From Octopus vulgaris (lineage: Eukaryota), in assembly GCA_951406725.2 (NCBI GenBank), contig OX597823.1, positions 2,852,001 through 2,916,000 of the forward strand: 64,000 nucleotides of DNA, in the 5' to 3' direction. Positions 38,027 through 52,565 of the stretch are shown one piece after another. The notes under the pieces are model-generated. The model was not told the DNA's origin. It did not search any database and saw only the letters and a list, made by a program, of their open reading frames with translations. A program made the translations under genes and the position numbers. Within the stretch, counting starts at the first letter, position 1. Every line of letters begins with the position of its first letter.

Positions 38027-38190
38027 AGGCGCAGGCATGGCTGTGTGGTAAGTAGCTTGCTTACCAACCACATGGTTTCTGGTTCAGACCCACTGCGTGG
38101 CACCTTGGGCAAGTGTCTTCTGCTATAACCTCAGGCCGACCAAAGCCTTGTGAGCGGACCTGGTTGACGGAAACTGAAAGAAGCCCGTCG

Positions 38191-38242
<52 letters not shown>

Positions 38243-38499
38243 ATATATGTGTTTATGTGTGTGTGTGAGTGAGTGTGTGTGTGTGTATGTTTGTGTGTCT
38301 GTGTTTGTCCTCCCCATCATCGCTTGACAACCGATGTTGCTGTGTTTACGTCCCCGTAACTTAGGGGTTCGGCAAAAGTGACCCACAGGATAAGTACTAG
38401 GCTCACAAAGAATAAGTCCTGGGGTTGATTTGTTCGACTAAAGGCCGTGCTCCAGCATGGCCGTAGTCAAATGACTGAAACGAATAAAAGAATAAAAGA
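38027..38499 (+). mobile_element. tRNA-derived SINE with CORE-like segment and internal (TA)/(TG) tract
   Basis: ggcgcagg..tggctgtgtggtaag..ggttcag(a/t)ccc..caccttgggcaagtg; same family at 39181, 48946 and 62985. Confidence 0.88.
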
Positions 38500-38546
38500 A
38501 CAAAATCACTTCGCTGATTTTCACCAATTGCTGGGAGGGATTTCGA

Positions 38547-38612
<66 letters not shown>

Positions 38613-38623
38613 GTATATATATA

Positions 38624-38715
<92 letters not shown>

Positions 38716-38717
38716 TA

Positions 38718-38772
<55 letters not shown>

Positions 38773-38987
38773 TATGTGAAATAGAATGATGAATAATCTT
38801 GTTGCAGATTAATCAAAAGTTTAACCGATACCTTGGTAGCAAAAATCACAGCAGAAGACAGCACGGTTGGATGTACAACCATATGGTGTTGCAACCGTGC
38901 GTTGGTGCGGATAATTGAATTTTAATATTATTAGTGAATTGAAGAAATGGAGTTGAACGAAGATTGAACAGAAATCGTTTTATTTCA

Positions 38988-39067
38988 TTCTACACGTGTT
39001 TCGAAAGGCACAATTTACCAAATTCCGATTGAATAATGAGACCATATTGTGTCTTTCTCTTCAGGAA
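38988..39067 (-). ncRNA. Type I minimal hammerhead ribozyme motif with intact canonical core
   Basis: TTC-CTGAAGA-GAAAGaCACAAT..ATTGTGcCTTTC-GAAA-CACGTG-TA-GAA: 11 of 12 stem II pairs, palindromic ACACGTGT, GUA triplet; lies in a solo pLTR-like block about 38770-39170. Confidence 0.72.
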
Positions 39068-39180
39068 GAAATAGGAAATCCGTTGGAAAAAACAAAAACA
39101 GAACAGAGGCGGAGCAAAACAAATCGAACGAGGCTCCTAAGAGCCCATGGCCAAACTTCTCTGTTAAATATTTTAACACC

Positions 39181-39583
39181 AGGCGCGGGCGTGGCTCTAT
39201 GGCAAGAAGCTTGCTTCCCAATCATATGGTTTCATGTTCAGTCCCACTGCGTGGCACCTTGGCCAAGTGTCTTCTACTATAGACTCGGGCCAACCAAAGC
39301 CTTGTGCGTGGATTTGATAGACGAAAACTAAAAGAAGCCCGTTGTATATGTTTATATCTATGAGTGTCTTTCTGTCTGTTTTTGTCTCCCACCACCACAT
39401 GACAACAGGTGTTGGTGCATTTACATCCCCGTCAACTAGCGGTTTGGCAAAAGACACCGATATAATAATTACCAGGTTTTAAAAAGGAAAAGTACTGTGG
39501 TCGATTCATTCGACAAAAAGTTCGTCAAGGCGTTGCTCCAGCACGGCCGTAGTCTAATGTCTGGAACAAGTAAAAGATAAAGG
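39181..39583 (+). mobile_element. tRNA-derived SINE (family of 38027)
   Basis: Colinear diverged copy. Confidence 0.85.
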
Positions 39584-39784
39584 GTACTTCTGAACTTCGC
39601 CCCGTGTGAAAGCTATCATCCACATCATCACCAGCTGACCAAAATATCCACAAGGTGCTACGTTGCTAAGAGACTTCATATTGTTTACAATATTAAGTCT
39701 GTTTACAATGGCGTCCGTAGAAAGTATTGCCCCGGAAGTCATTGCAAAAGGTCCACCAGAACCGGATTCACACGTTTGAAAGTA

Positions 39785-39985
39785 AGAAACACGGCCAGCA
39801 ATTTCGGGGGAGGGGTTCAGTCGATTACATCGACCCCGTGCTCAACTGCTACTATTTTATCGACCTCGAAAAGGCGAAAGGCTAAGTCGACCCGGGGGGA
39901 ATTTGAAATCAGAACGTAGATACGGACTAAATGCCACTTAGCATTTTGTCCGGCGTGCTAACGATTGCAACCAGCTCATCGCCTT
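39785..39985 (-). mobile_element. Monomeric SINE (family of 33289)
   Basis: gtcgattacatcgacccc..ggcgtgctaacg..ccagctc. Confidence 0.8.
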
Positions 39986-40211
39986 AATTCGGGTAAAATA
40001 TCGCAATAATATTGTAGTTCAATATTAACACAACGAACCCTTACATTACTGCATGGATCAGGGACAAAAGTGATGCACTGGAGGTCCCTCATCGGAGTCA
40101 AATCTCTCTCGCCCAGAGTTTGCAAGGAAACAGAACACTTTGACTGACAAATAAGGAACTTACAGGTCTTATGTCCACGCTTATTGATGCGCATTGAATG
40201 CTTATTAGCAT

Positions 40212-40279
<68 letters not shown>

Positions 40280-40634
40280 TGAGGGTAATGTAATAACAGT
40301 GCGTCGCAACATCCACCATTTGTTGGTGATTCTTTATTACACCTGGCGGATGGCACCTTTGCACCACTTCGGTGACAACCCTACAACCCGTGGGTCTGTT
40401 TGGGTAGTTGTCGCTGGTGAAGGTTTTACGCGGTTGGAGTGCAAATCCTACGCTAACCTCTTTTAGTCGCCTTTGCGACACTTAGAAGAAACGTGGAGGT
40501 TATTTTTTGCCATGCCGGTCCCCGGGAGCCTGGAAGTTATGGATGCTTCCAAAGAAGAACAAAGCAAAATATTTCTGGATGGTCATTTTATTTATTATTT
40601 ATTTTTTTAATTTTTGCCAAATATACACACGCAC

Positions 40635-40684
<50 letters not shown>

Positions 40685-40859
40685 TTCTTCACTCGTTTAT
40701 TATTGTTGTTTTATTATTTTAATGCCTGTCCATTGTCCGGAAATCTTTCGTCACACACTTTCTTCAGCAACATTTTTCGTTTCCGTGTGTATTCTTGCTC
40801 CACTTCATTCTGTTTTTCTAAGATGTATATACATACATAATTACATACCTACCTGGATT

Positions 40860-41240
40860 ACAAGTTCGGGTTTATATCTATAATTACCGGGGCACTGAGA
40901 TATATAAGTACAATCTTGAGAAATTGCGCTTCTTAAAACCAAGAAGAAGAAAGCTTATTCGAAGATTACCGATTCAAGCCAGCAATGGAACTGTAAATAT
41001 TTGTAAAACTTTTTCAGAATTTTAGCGTTTAAATAAATATATGCGCACGAGAATACATAAAACAAATACTTAACACAAATCTGTACATACACTGATTCCA
41101 AATGCTGCACATATGCACACGAACATGCACAAATACCCTGTTGATGTTATTGAAATTCCAATGAAGAAACCTTGAGTCTAGGTTAGAAACCAGTTCTTTC
41201 TCTATTGGCAAGAAATCTTGAAATAAAACTGAACACTGGC
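40860..41240 (+). mobile_element. 3' end of an RLE-type LINE followed by (CATA)n
   Basis: FISIITGAL..LEKLRF..GTVNICKTF; same 3' terminus as 30632-30975. Confidence 0.7.
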
Positions 41241-41534
41241 ATACATACATACATACATACATACATACATACATACATACATACATACATGCATGCATGC
41301 ACACATACATACATACATACTTACATACATACTTACATACATACATACATACATACATACATGCATGCATGCACACATACATACATACATACATACATAC
41401 ATACATACATACATACATACATACACACACATACATACATACATGCATACATACATACATACATACATACATACATGCATGCATGCACACATACATACAT
41501 ACATACATACTTACATACATACTTACATACATAC

Positions 41535-41565
<31 letters not shown>

Positions 41566-41618
41566 CATGCATGCACACATACATACATGCATGCATACAT
41601 ACATACATACATACATAC

Positions 41619-41649
<31 letters not shown>

Positions 41650-41982
41650 CATACATACATACATACATACATACATGCATGCATACATACATACATACAT
41701 ACATACATACATGCATGCATACATACATACATACATATGCATACATACATACATACATACATACATACATACATACATACATACATACATACATACATAC
41801 ATACATACATACATACATACATACATACATACATGCATGCATGCACACATACATACATACATACATGCATGCATACATACATACATACATACATGCATGC
41901 ATACATACATACATACATACATACATGCATGCATACATACATACATACATACATGCATGCATACATACATACATGCATGCAC

Positions 41983-42013
<31 letters not shown>

Positions 42014-42166
42014 CATACATACATACATACATACATACATAACATACATACATACATACATACATACATACATAACATACATACATGCATGCATACATAC
42101 ATACATACATACATACATACATACATACATACATACATACATACATACATACATACATGCATGCAC

Positions 42167-42197
<31 letters not shown>

Positions 42198-42750
42198 CAT
42201 ACATACATACATACATACATACATACATACATACATAACATACATACATACATACATACATACATACATACATACATAACATACATACATGCATGCATAC
42301 ATACATACATACATACATACATACATACATAACATACATACATACATACATACATACATACATGCATGCACACATACATACATACATACATACATACATA
42401 CATACATACATACATACATAACATACATACATGCATGCATGCACACATACATACATACATACATACATACATACATACATACATACATACATACGTAACA
42501 TACATACATGCATGCATACATACATACATACATACATACATACATACATACATACATACATACATACATGCATGCACACATACATACATACATACATACA
42601 TGCATGCATACATACATACATGCATGCATGCATACATACATACATACATACATACATACATACATACATACATACATACATGCATGCACACATACATACA
42701 TACATACATACATACATACATACATACATACATACATACATACATACATA
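41240..42750. repeat. (CATA)n microsatellite with CATG variants, about 1.5 kb
   Basis: Direct reading. Confidence 0.97.
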
Positions 42751-42759
42751 AAAAAGACT

Positions 42760-43082
42760 AAAGACTCCGCCGGTTACGACGACGAGGGTCCCAGCTGATA
42801 CGATCAACGGAACAGCTTGCTGGTGAAATTAACGTGCAAATGGCTGAGCATTCCACAGACACGTGTACCCTTGACGTAGTTCTCGGGGATAATCAGCGTG
42901 ACACAGAGAGTGACAAGGCTGACCCTTTGAAATACAAGTACAACTCATTTTTGCCAGCTGAGTGGACTGGAGCAACGTGAAATAAAGTGTCTTGCTCAAG
43001 GACACAACGCGTCGCCGGGAATCGAACTCACAACCTTACGATCATGAGCCGAATGCCCTAACCACTAAGCCACGCGCCCTCA
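42760..43082 (-). mobile_element. tRNA-derived SINE
   Basis: Head gggcgcgTGGCTTAGTGGtta..GAGTTCGATTCCc, then gtgtccttgagcaagacactt. Confidence 0.88.
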
Positions 43083-43420
43083 CCATACATACATACACAC
43101 ATACAGACATACATACATACATACATACATACATACATACATACATACATACATACATACATACATACATACATACATACATACATAGGTATATGCGTAC
43201 GTTCGTACGTTCATTGATGGTTGCCTCATCTTGTCAAATGCCAACCATTTCCCATTCAGCCTGTTTGTTCTGATTCATTTTCATTTCTGCGCGGAAACGA
43301 CTTTTCGCGCAGCAAATCCATCGCCATAAGACTTTGGAAGACAAAAAGAAGCGGATCAAGAAATGAAATGACAAAAAGAGACGATCGTACGTCATTGGAT
43401 TTGAGTGACAAAAGCTTGTA

Positions 43421-43485
<65 letters not shown>

Positions 43486-43606
43486 ACATTATACACACAC
43501 ACACATACATATAAACAAAGATACGTTACGTACATGCAAACGTGCATATAATACATGCATGCATACGTACGTGCACACATTCAGACTTACATACATTAAC
43601 TCTTAT

Positions 43607-43688
<82 letters not shown>

Positions 43689-44517
43689 CTGCTGTCGCTA
43701 ATTATATTCGAAAGAACGTTTACATAACATGCTAAAATAATATTATCCAATGAGGGAAACTATGTCGGTTTGACCTTCCGTTAAACTGGTCGACATTGTT
43801 GGAAAAATAATCAACAACAAAATAAATAAAGATAAATGAAAAAAAAATGTCAAATTCTTCATTTCCCGATGAATTTATCTTTGCTGATGCAAACAAACAA
43901 CAGACATTATAGATTATAGTTTTTGGCTGTTGTTGTTATTTTTTTTCTGCCCTTGTTTCTTTTCGTTTCGCCAATTCAGTCGATGAAAAAACTCAATAAA
44001 ACGTATTGTCGTTATATATGTTTTACGGAACCGAAAAAACAGATACACCGGTGAATGGTGAGTGTCATCGTAACCTTGACTACATCAGAGAGCGTGTAGG
44101 TTCGAATCTAGTGAACAACCCCGGGCGCTAATTCAAATTGTTCCTTTTTCTAAAAAAAAAAAAAAAAAAAAACCAAGAAAAATACAAACGAAAAATGATC
44201 ATCTTTTATAATTTCACCCCCCCCCCTTTTAGATTTTTGTTGATGCTTTTGTATTTTTATTGTTGTTTTTATTTGACAAATCAATAAAAAAAGATTGTAA
44301 AAAGAGAATTTAATCTGTCCTTTCTGACTGTTTTTGTTGTTCGCTCTTCGGGGAATTCTTTCGGTTTATGATCACAAATGGAAAGAGGAAAATCATTGCC
44401 AGCAATTGGCATCGGTATTTTGGAGAAGATAGAATTGATGGTTTGATTTGGATTTTTCCGAAAATCGTCATCTCCATAATTTTAAATGTAGAACCAACAA
44501 CAACAATAATAATAATA

Positions 44518-44918
44518 ATCCTTTCTACTGGAGGCACAAGGCATGAAATTTGTGGGGAGGGGACTAGTCGATTTCATCGACACCAGTATTTCACTGGTAC
44601 TTAATTTCATCAACCCCAAAAGGGCGAAAGGCAAGGTCGACCTCGGCGGAATTTGAACTCAGAATGTAACAGCAGACGAAATATCTATTTCTTTACTACC
44701 CACAAGGGGCTAAACACAGAGGAGACAAACAAGGACAGACAAACGGATTAAGTCGATTATATCGACCCAGTGCATAACTGGTACTTATTTAATCGTCCCC
44801 GGAAGGATGAAAGGCAAAGTCGACCTCGGCCGGAATTTGAACTCAGAACGTAACGGCAGACGAAATACCACTAAGCATTTCGTCCGGCGTGCTAACGATT
44901 CTACTAGCTCGCCGTCTT
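44518..44918 (-). mobile_element. Dimeric SINE (family of 33289) in (AAT)n
   Basis: Same two-unit structure and linker as 33289-33685. Confidence 0.88.
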
Positions 44919-45139
44919 AATAATAATAATAATAATAATAATAATACCAGCGCAGGATAGCTCCCTTGAACTTCTACGAGTAGAAGGGCCCTTTTGAACT
45001 TTTTAAGACAATCCCCTCTAGAAACGGTGTCTTGATAAAATATTGGTGGATTTGACATATTAGCTATACTTTCCTCTACATGAGATTAATGAATAAGAGA
45101 ATTAACACAAACAATGGCATAAATGAGGACGGGACCACA

Positions 45140-45645
45140 GGTTATAGGGACTTTCGTCCAGAAGGTGGCCTGTGGGTGAGCAGCACAGGCTCGGTTGTCA
45201 TTATACAGTTGCTAGAACTAAATAAACTAAGACGATGAATGCAGCTGTCATGGAATGTTCTTTTTGGAGTAGATCCACTGATAATGAAGGGAGGCCCATG
45301 AAAGCATAAAAGAGGAAATTGCAAGAATGTGGACTATGGAGAGAGTGTCTGTCATTCCAGTAGTTGTATGGATACTCGGAGCAATAACGACTAAGTTCCA
45401 GAAATATGTCCAAAAAATCGGAACTGACATGAGAACAGAGCAAACCCTAAAACCTGCTCTGTTTGGGACAGCTAGGATTTTCAGATTGGTACTTGGATGT
45501 CGAATGTCTCCCAAGCATCAAAGCTTATAATGTGCGGAAAGAGACCCAATGAGATCTCTGACAGCAGGATGCTGTCCGCTCTTCTATAATCTACCAGAGT
45601 AAACAGGACCGGGCGCTCGGAGATGTGTAAAACAATAATAATAAT
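45140..45645 (+). mobile_element. R4/Dong-like LINE 3' remnant
   Basis: VIPVVV..LGAI..ALFGTARIFRLVL*, followed by a short (TAA) run. Confidence 0.65.
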
Positions 45646-46335
45646 TTACGAAAGAACAATAAAAACAAAAAAATGTGGAAAAAATATTGAAACGCTTTAT
45701 GAGTGATTTTGTTTTTTGCTTTGAAATCAAAGGAATCGAACGAATAGATTTCGGAGAAAAATGGTCGGAGGCGGGGTATCAATTGGACACGTCCACCTGG
45801 ACATTGGCGAATAATATCAATATTTATTTTGTGACCACAAAGTGAAAGTACATCGTCTTAGGTCAACTTTGACCGAGTTGGCTCATGGTCAAAGACATTC
45901 CAACCTTGACTACCCCGACTTTACATAGTTTACCTCATATGATATTATTAAATATGTCCCCGCCCCACCTCTTGTTGCTGTTTTGTCCAAGATCAACCAC
46001 AATCAGACAGAACTAGGATCACAGTCATTACAAGCATGACCTTCCCACTTTAATAATAGCATCTAGGATCATATTATCGAGCGTGTCTTTGGTACTTTTC
46101 TAAGGATTTGAAGGAGGTTTAGCTGCTATCTCTAGCAGGTCATGTGAATACATAAAATGTTCCTTCATTGATTCGGTCATCATCTAAAAATCGGGATAAA
46201 GTACCGGCGACGTCTTCGAAAATAGATGTGTTATCTGCTGTTGGTCCTTTATGTTAGCATGGTGGCCATTCCTGACTCGACATAAGTCACCAGCATTTCG
46301 AAACATTCACGCGCGCGCGCGCACGCACACACACA

Positions 46336-46369
<34 letters not shown>

Positions 46370-46689
46370 TGGAAGAGAGAGAGAGAGAGAGAAGAGATTG
46401 AGAGAGAAAATTGGAAAATTGAAAAAGAAAAAAGAAGAGAGAGAAATAGAAAAAGATGGAAACGAAGATTGATAACCAAACCACTTTATTTCAATATTTT
46501 GGTCTTCAAGAGCGAACTTTCTCCGGTTCTGAATATCGGCTGGCGTTATACAAAGCAGAACTGTACTTCCACATTACTCACAAATCTGGGGGCAGAGAAG
46601 CTGTTACACATCGCAGACCACTTATAAAACTTAGACAACTGGAAGTTCTGTCCCAGGTTTGTCAGCAATATATTCCTGTACAGAAAGGG

Positions 46690-46885
46690 CTTATCTCACA
46701 GAATCGTTACCACGCCGGATAGAATGCTTGGCAGCATTTCCTCCGGCTCTGTGTTCTGAGTCTAAATCCGACTTTACCTTTCATCCTTTCGGGTCGATAA
46801 AATAAGTATCAGTTGAGTATTGGGGGTTGATGGAATCGACTTAACCCCTGAACCGGCTGGTCTTGTGCCAAAATTAAAGCCAATA
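46690..46885 (+). mobile_element. Degenerate SINE (family of 33289)
   Basis: cctttcatcctttcgggtcgataaaataagta. Confidence 0.65.
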
Positions 46886-47341
46886 TATTCTTGAACATAA
46901 TTCAAATGTGTTTTGTATAGCGCCAACACACTGGTAGACCAGAGTCCCTTAATCTAAGAGCCTGCAAACCCCAACAAAGATTAAGTACGCCTGATTCATC
47001 CATCTCCTTTAATTTCATCTTCCTCATTGTATTCTACCACAAAACCTGGCTGTAAATTCTTCATCCGAACTTTTATCTTTCTTTCAAGATTCCGCACTTT
47101 TTTTTCTTTGTAGACATCAACCAATAAGAATTAAACCTGAACGTGACTTCGTTCACCTGCCATCTTCTGCAAATGTTTGTCAAGGCTCGAGGCATTGTCC
47201 ATTCTTCTAAAATGTCATAAAAAATGTTATATAGACAAACAAACAGTAAAACTGGTAAAAACTGCCCCACAAGTATTTCTTTGTATTCGGTGTATCAATG
47301 TATTTTTTTAAATGCTAGAGTAATATATATATGTATATATA

Positions 47342-48662
47342 CAGGCGTACCTCACCCTACGTCGTTAATTGGTTCCAGGAGACACGACTTAAGTCGAATT
47401 AACTTGTCTCTAGGCTAGACTAGGCTAAGCCAAATTTACTTACTTCTAGGCTAAACCGACAATAACCATTCCGAATTCTGCACTTTATTTATCAATGCAT
47501 TTTCAATAATAAATGGTTAATGAAAACCTATTTTAAGCTTACAAACCCGGGCGCTTTATTTATGAATGCGGTTTGCCAAAAGACATGGTAAAATAAAAGT
47601 CTTTTTTAAGCTTAAAAAACAAATTCACTAATTATTATTATTTTGAAAAAGTAAAAGATTTTAAATTTACCAATAAGTACATACAATTTGGTGGTTTGCA
47701 TCGCGTATATAGATGGCTGTAGATCGTCAACATCAACAGCTGATTCTGGCTGTTCTTACTGTTCGATGCGCTTAAAAAAACCGGTTGAGAGTTCCTTGAC
47801 CTGTCTTCTTCGTTTCCTCAAGAATTACATTATAAGGAACAAAAGCTTCGTGACAAGTCCCTATAATATTGGAAAAGTGTTAAGCATTTGGATCCATATC
47901 CTCGAACTTGGAAAGACCTTTTCGATATATGCAAATGCTTGCTGCATTTTCTTAATGGTAAAATGCTGCGACTTGGGTTCGACTTCCTCTTCTTCTTTAT
48001 TTTGCTGTTCGTGAAGCTCCATCAAATCCTCGTTCGTCAGAGGCTGCTTGTCTTTTACAAATAAACCTGTGAAATCTTCCTCTTCCAAATCCATTTCCAG
48101 TTCTTTGCTCGTAGTCACCAACGTTTGTTGATTCCAACATTATCAAGCCCCTTTAAATCATTCACGAATTGCGGGCATAACTTCTTCCATACGCCATTCA
48201 TAGCTGTGCTCTGTACATCATTCCATGTTGCTGCTATGTTCTGTACAGCCTTGTAGATATTGTATCTCTTCCAAAAGTCACGAAGTGTGATGGACTCATC
48301 AAGATCAGTTGCAGCTATTGCTTGCCGCAGCGTACACTTCATACAGTAACTCTTGAAGATAGCACTTATTCCCTGATCCTTTGGCTGCAGAAGAGACGTG
48401 GTGTTTTGAGGGAGGTATACGACGGTAACGTTGGGATCAAAATCTACAATGTTTTACGGGTGGCCAGGAGCATTATCTAAGATAAGTAAAACATTAAAAG
48501 GAATCCCCTTCTCCTTACAGTACTTCTCTGCTGCTGGGATAAAATAACTGAAGAATCTATCTTCAAAAACAACCACAGTAACCCATGATTTTGAATTAGC
48601 CATCCATATAACATGGAGAGATGCCTTGGATATGTTCTTCAGGGCACGGGGGTTGTGTGCAT
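47342..48662 (-). mobile_element. pogo/Tigger transposon 3' half
   Basis: PRALKN..W..NSKSWVT..LLILDNAPGHP..YLPQNTTSLLQPKDQGI (DDE_1); terminus TA-caggcgtacctcaccctacg. Confidence 0.85.
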
Positions 48663-48945
48663 GATATATACATCCATATACATACGATAGAGAGATGATT
48701 TTGTTTCACTTTTAACACGTAATACTGTATATATATATATACATCCATATACATATATATATACATGTATATATATAGATGTATATGTATACATGTATGT
48801 GTATAGATGTATTTCTATAGATATACATGTATATGTATACATGTATGTCTAGATGTATATATATATATATAGATGTACACATATATATACACATATATAC
48901 ATGCATACATATATACACACCTCCTCCCACACACACACATACATA

Positions 48946-49270
48946 GGTGCAGGTGTGGCTGTGTGGTAACAAACTTGGCTCCAAAACACATGGTCCTCAG
49001 TTCAGTCCCACTGTGTGGTAACTTGGCATGTGTCTACTGCTATAGTCTCAGACCAACCAAAGCCTTGTCAGTGGATTTTGTAGACAGAAACTGAAAGAAA
49101 TCAATTGTATGTATATGTATGTATATATGTAAGTCTATGTGTGTGTCTTTGTGTTTCTCCCACATCACTGCCTCAAAACTGGTGTTAGTTTATTTACATC
49201 CCCATAACTTACTGGTTTCACAAGAAGAAACTGATAGAATAAGTATCAGGCTTATCAAAATATAAAAAAG
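48946..49270 (+). mobile_element. Diverged SINE (family of 38027)
   Basis: ggtgcaggtgtggctgtgtggtaa..ttcagtcccactg. Confidence 0.75.
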
Positions 49271-49340
49271 CACTACGCAGTGTCTCATATTTTTGTTTGC
49301 CCACTCAGTTGTATCTATAAATTTATCTTTGTGTGTGTGC

Positions 49341-49394
<54 letters not shown>

Positions 49395-49400
<6 letters not shown>

Positions 49401-49775
49401 ATATAAACGGCAGTTTGTCTGTGTGTGTTTCTGTGTGTCTGTCAGGTTGTACCCTCACCCTGACCACTGCTTTCAACCGATTCTGATGAAACTTGACACA
49501 CACATAGCCCAATGTCATAATTCAAAACTAACGCAGCGAAAATTTTGAAAAGTTCCCCCAGTTCTGAAAATAATCGATAAATTCGACATGGGGTCGTGAA
49601 TCAGAAACACAAACCACAGACTGTCTAGGGGACGCAACTCCACCTTTTTAACTCTCAAAAAAAATTTACTATCATTTTTTTTCCATATTTTTGCTATTTT
49701 TTGGCTATAACTCTCTAAAAATGCTTTATAGTTATTTCCCTTACAAACCTGAGCAACGCCGGGCGATACTGCTAG
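49395..49775 (+). mobile_element. Short Helitron-like element
   Basis: 5' TC..tatataaa, 3' gagcaacgccgggcgatactgCTAG then T; terminus similar to 36136-36165 and 55251-55278. Confidence 0.68.
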
Positions 49776-49852
49776 TATATATATATATATGGATTTCGTA
49801 GACAGGAACTGAAACAAATCAATCGTATATATATGTATGTAAGTGTATGTGT

Positions 49853-52565
49853 TTTGGTATTGGCAACTGAATGACAATGGTCAGAGACTACTTGAATTTT
49901 GCACATACCATAACCTGTGCATTACCAACACATTCTTTGCCAACAAGACATCCCACAAGGAATCTTGAAGACATACAAGATCTCACCACTGGCATCAGCT
50001 GGATCTCATCATTATACGAAGACCCTTTCTGAATTCTGTTCAACTGACCCGTAGTTACCACAGTGCGGATTGTGACATACATCATTCACTAATAAGAAGC
50101 AGGGTGAGGATTCTGCCTAAAAAAGTCCATCACTCCAAGAAAATGGGCCGACCACGCATTAACACTGCCAGAACCTCGGACCCTACACTGCGAAAATGTT
50201 TTGCTCTTTCTATCAAGGTTGCCCTCAGTAGCTGCCCAACCTCCTCTGCTGAAAGTAGGTGGAATTATATCAGGGAAGCTTTGTATATCACATCAATAAA
50301 TACTTTCGGGATGAGAGAAAGGTAAAACCCAGATTGGTTCGGTGCTGGGCTCTCAGACCTGGAACCAGTTGTCGAAGCAAAGCGCGCAGCTCTGATGCAA
50401 TACAAGAGTGATTCTTCTATAAAGTCACTCGAAGAACTCAGAAAGGCAAGAAATAAAACCCAACTGACTGCCAGACGCTGTTAAAATATGTATTGGCAAG
50501 AAATCTGTCAGAGTATCCAGTCAGCTGCTGACAGTGGCGCCACCCAGGGGATGTATGCCGGTTTGAAGAAGGCCCTCGGTCCATCCCCAACAAAGTTAGC
50601 TCCTCTCAAATCAACTACTGGAGATCTCATCAAGGACCAAAGCAAGCAAATGGATAGATGGGTGGAGTACTATCAGGATCTCTACTCACGGGAGACCGCA
50701 GTAGCTGAGGCTGCAATCGAGGGTGTCAAGATCTTGCCAGTCATGTGTGAACTTGACAGTCTGCCATCTATAGCAGAGATCACTAAGGCTATTGATGCAC
50801 TAGCAAGTAACAAGGCTCCGGGAAAAGACGTCATCCCCTAAGAGATCATCAAAACCGGCAAAAACACTATCCTCCTTCGGCACCTTCATGAGCTTCTGTG
50901 TCAGTGCTGGGAACAGGATATGCGAGATGCTAACATCATTACGCTTTACAAAAACAAAGGTGAACGTGGTGATTGTAACAATTACAGTGGAATATCTCTT
51001 CTAAGCACTGTTGGAAAGGCCTTTGCTCGCGTTATCCTGTCCAGGCTACAACTGCTTGCTTCTCGAATTTATCCAGAATCGCAGTGTGGCTTTAGAAGCA
51101 GATCAACTATTGACATGATATTCTCCATACGCCAACTTCAGGAGAAGTCCAGAGAGCAGAAAATGCCATTATATATGGCCTTCATTGATCTGACAAAGGC
51201 CTTTGACTTGGTAAGTAGAAAAGGCCTCTTCATCCTGCTCCAAAAGATCGGATGTCCACCAAAGCTGCTGAGGATCATCAAATCTTTCCATGATGACATG
51301 CAAGGCATCATACAGCACAATGGTTCAACATCAGCCGCCTTCCAAATAAAATACGGGGTAAAGCAAGGTTGTGCCTTTGCTCCTACATTATTTGGCATCT
51401 TCTTCTCGCTGCTGCTGTCACATGCCTTTCAGACATCAGATGATGGAGTGTTTCTGCAAAGTAGAAGTGACGGGAAACTGTTCAATCTCTCGCGTCTGCT
51501 TGTCAAGACCAAAATCAGAAGCGTCCTGATCAAGGAGGTGCTATTTGCTAATGATGCCGCTCTGGTATCACACACAGGAAAATCCCTACGAAGGCTCATC
51601 AACTGTTTTGAGCAAGCATGTAGCGACTTTGGCTTAGTTATCAGCCTCAAGAAAACCAACATCATGGGTCAGGCTACATCAGACATCCCAAACATACATA
51701 TTAGAGACCACAGACTACAGGAGGTAGTGAAGTTTACCTATCTTAGCTCTACCGTCACCTACAACCTATCCCTTGATGCTGAGCTCAATATACGCATTGG
51801 TAAGGCAGCTGCTGCGATGGCCCAACTATCCAAACGGGTATGGGACAACAATAAGCTGACCAAGACCACAAAAATGAAGATTTACCAGGCATGTGTACTT
51901 AGCACTCTACTGTATGGAAGTGAGACCTGGACGCCATACACACGCCATACGACGCCATACGTCGCCTAAATATCTTTCACTTGCGCTGCCTCCGGAAAAT
52001 CCTTCGCATCAAATGGCAGAATCATGTCCCCAACAAAGATGTCCTCAAGCAAGCAGGAATACCAAGCATGTTTGCACTTCTCACACAAAGACGTATGAGA
52101 TGGCTTGGACATGTTAGCCGTATAGAAGATGGCAGAATCCCCAAGGATATACTCTACGGAGAGCTTGCTAGGGGCACTAGGTCTGTGGAAGACCGTTCTT
52201 ACGATACAAGGATGTTTTCAAAAGGGACATGAATGCCTGCAACATCAATATTACCAACTGGGAAGCAGTTGCCAGCAACCGTGGAGATTGGCGACGTACC
52301 GTAAAAGAGGGAACACAAAAAGTGACATAGAGAGAGAGGAGAAATGGAAAGACAAGAAAAGACGTCAACAAGAAAGTATGACATTACAACCAGCCAGGCA
52401 AAGTCTTCGCTACATTTGTGGCACCTGCCAGAGGGAGTGTTTGTCCAGGATAGGACTACACAGCCACAGCAGGAGATGTATTTGGACATGAAATGTAAAA
52501 GCCGGACTAGATTATTTTATGCGCAACTCCATTGTCTCCTGAGACAAAAAGAATGCCAACAACAA
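49853..52565 (+). mobile_element. RTE-clade LINE, 5'-truncated within the APE domain, with long target duplication
   Basis: NDNGQRLLEFC, HQLDLII, KAPGKD, NYSGISLLS, PESQCGFR, FIDLTKAFD, GVKQGC, LFANDA, LLYGSETW; (CAA) tail; flanking duplicate 49791-49852 / 52573-52644. Confidence 0.92.

Noticed and set aside
41029-42807. 592-aa and overlapping long ORFs (MYVC/HTYI repeats); likewise 32187-33143
   Set aside because: Translations of stop-free (CATA)n microsatellite; no coding signal.
44050-44125. B-box-like GGTTCGAATC
   Set aside because: No convincing cloverleaf; tRNA-like heads elsewhere in the window are SINE parts, so no true tRNA gene is called.
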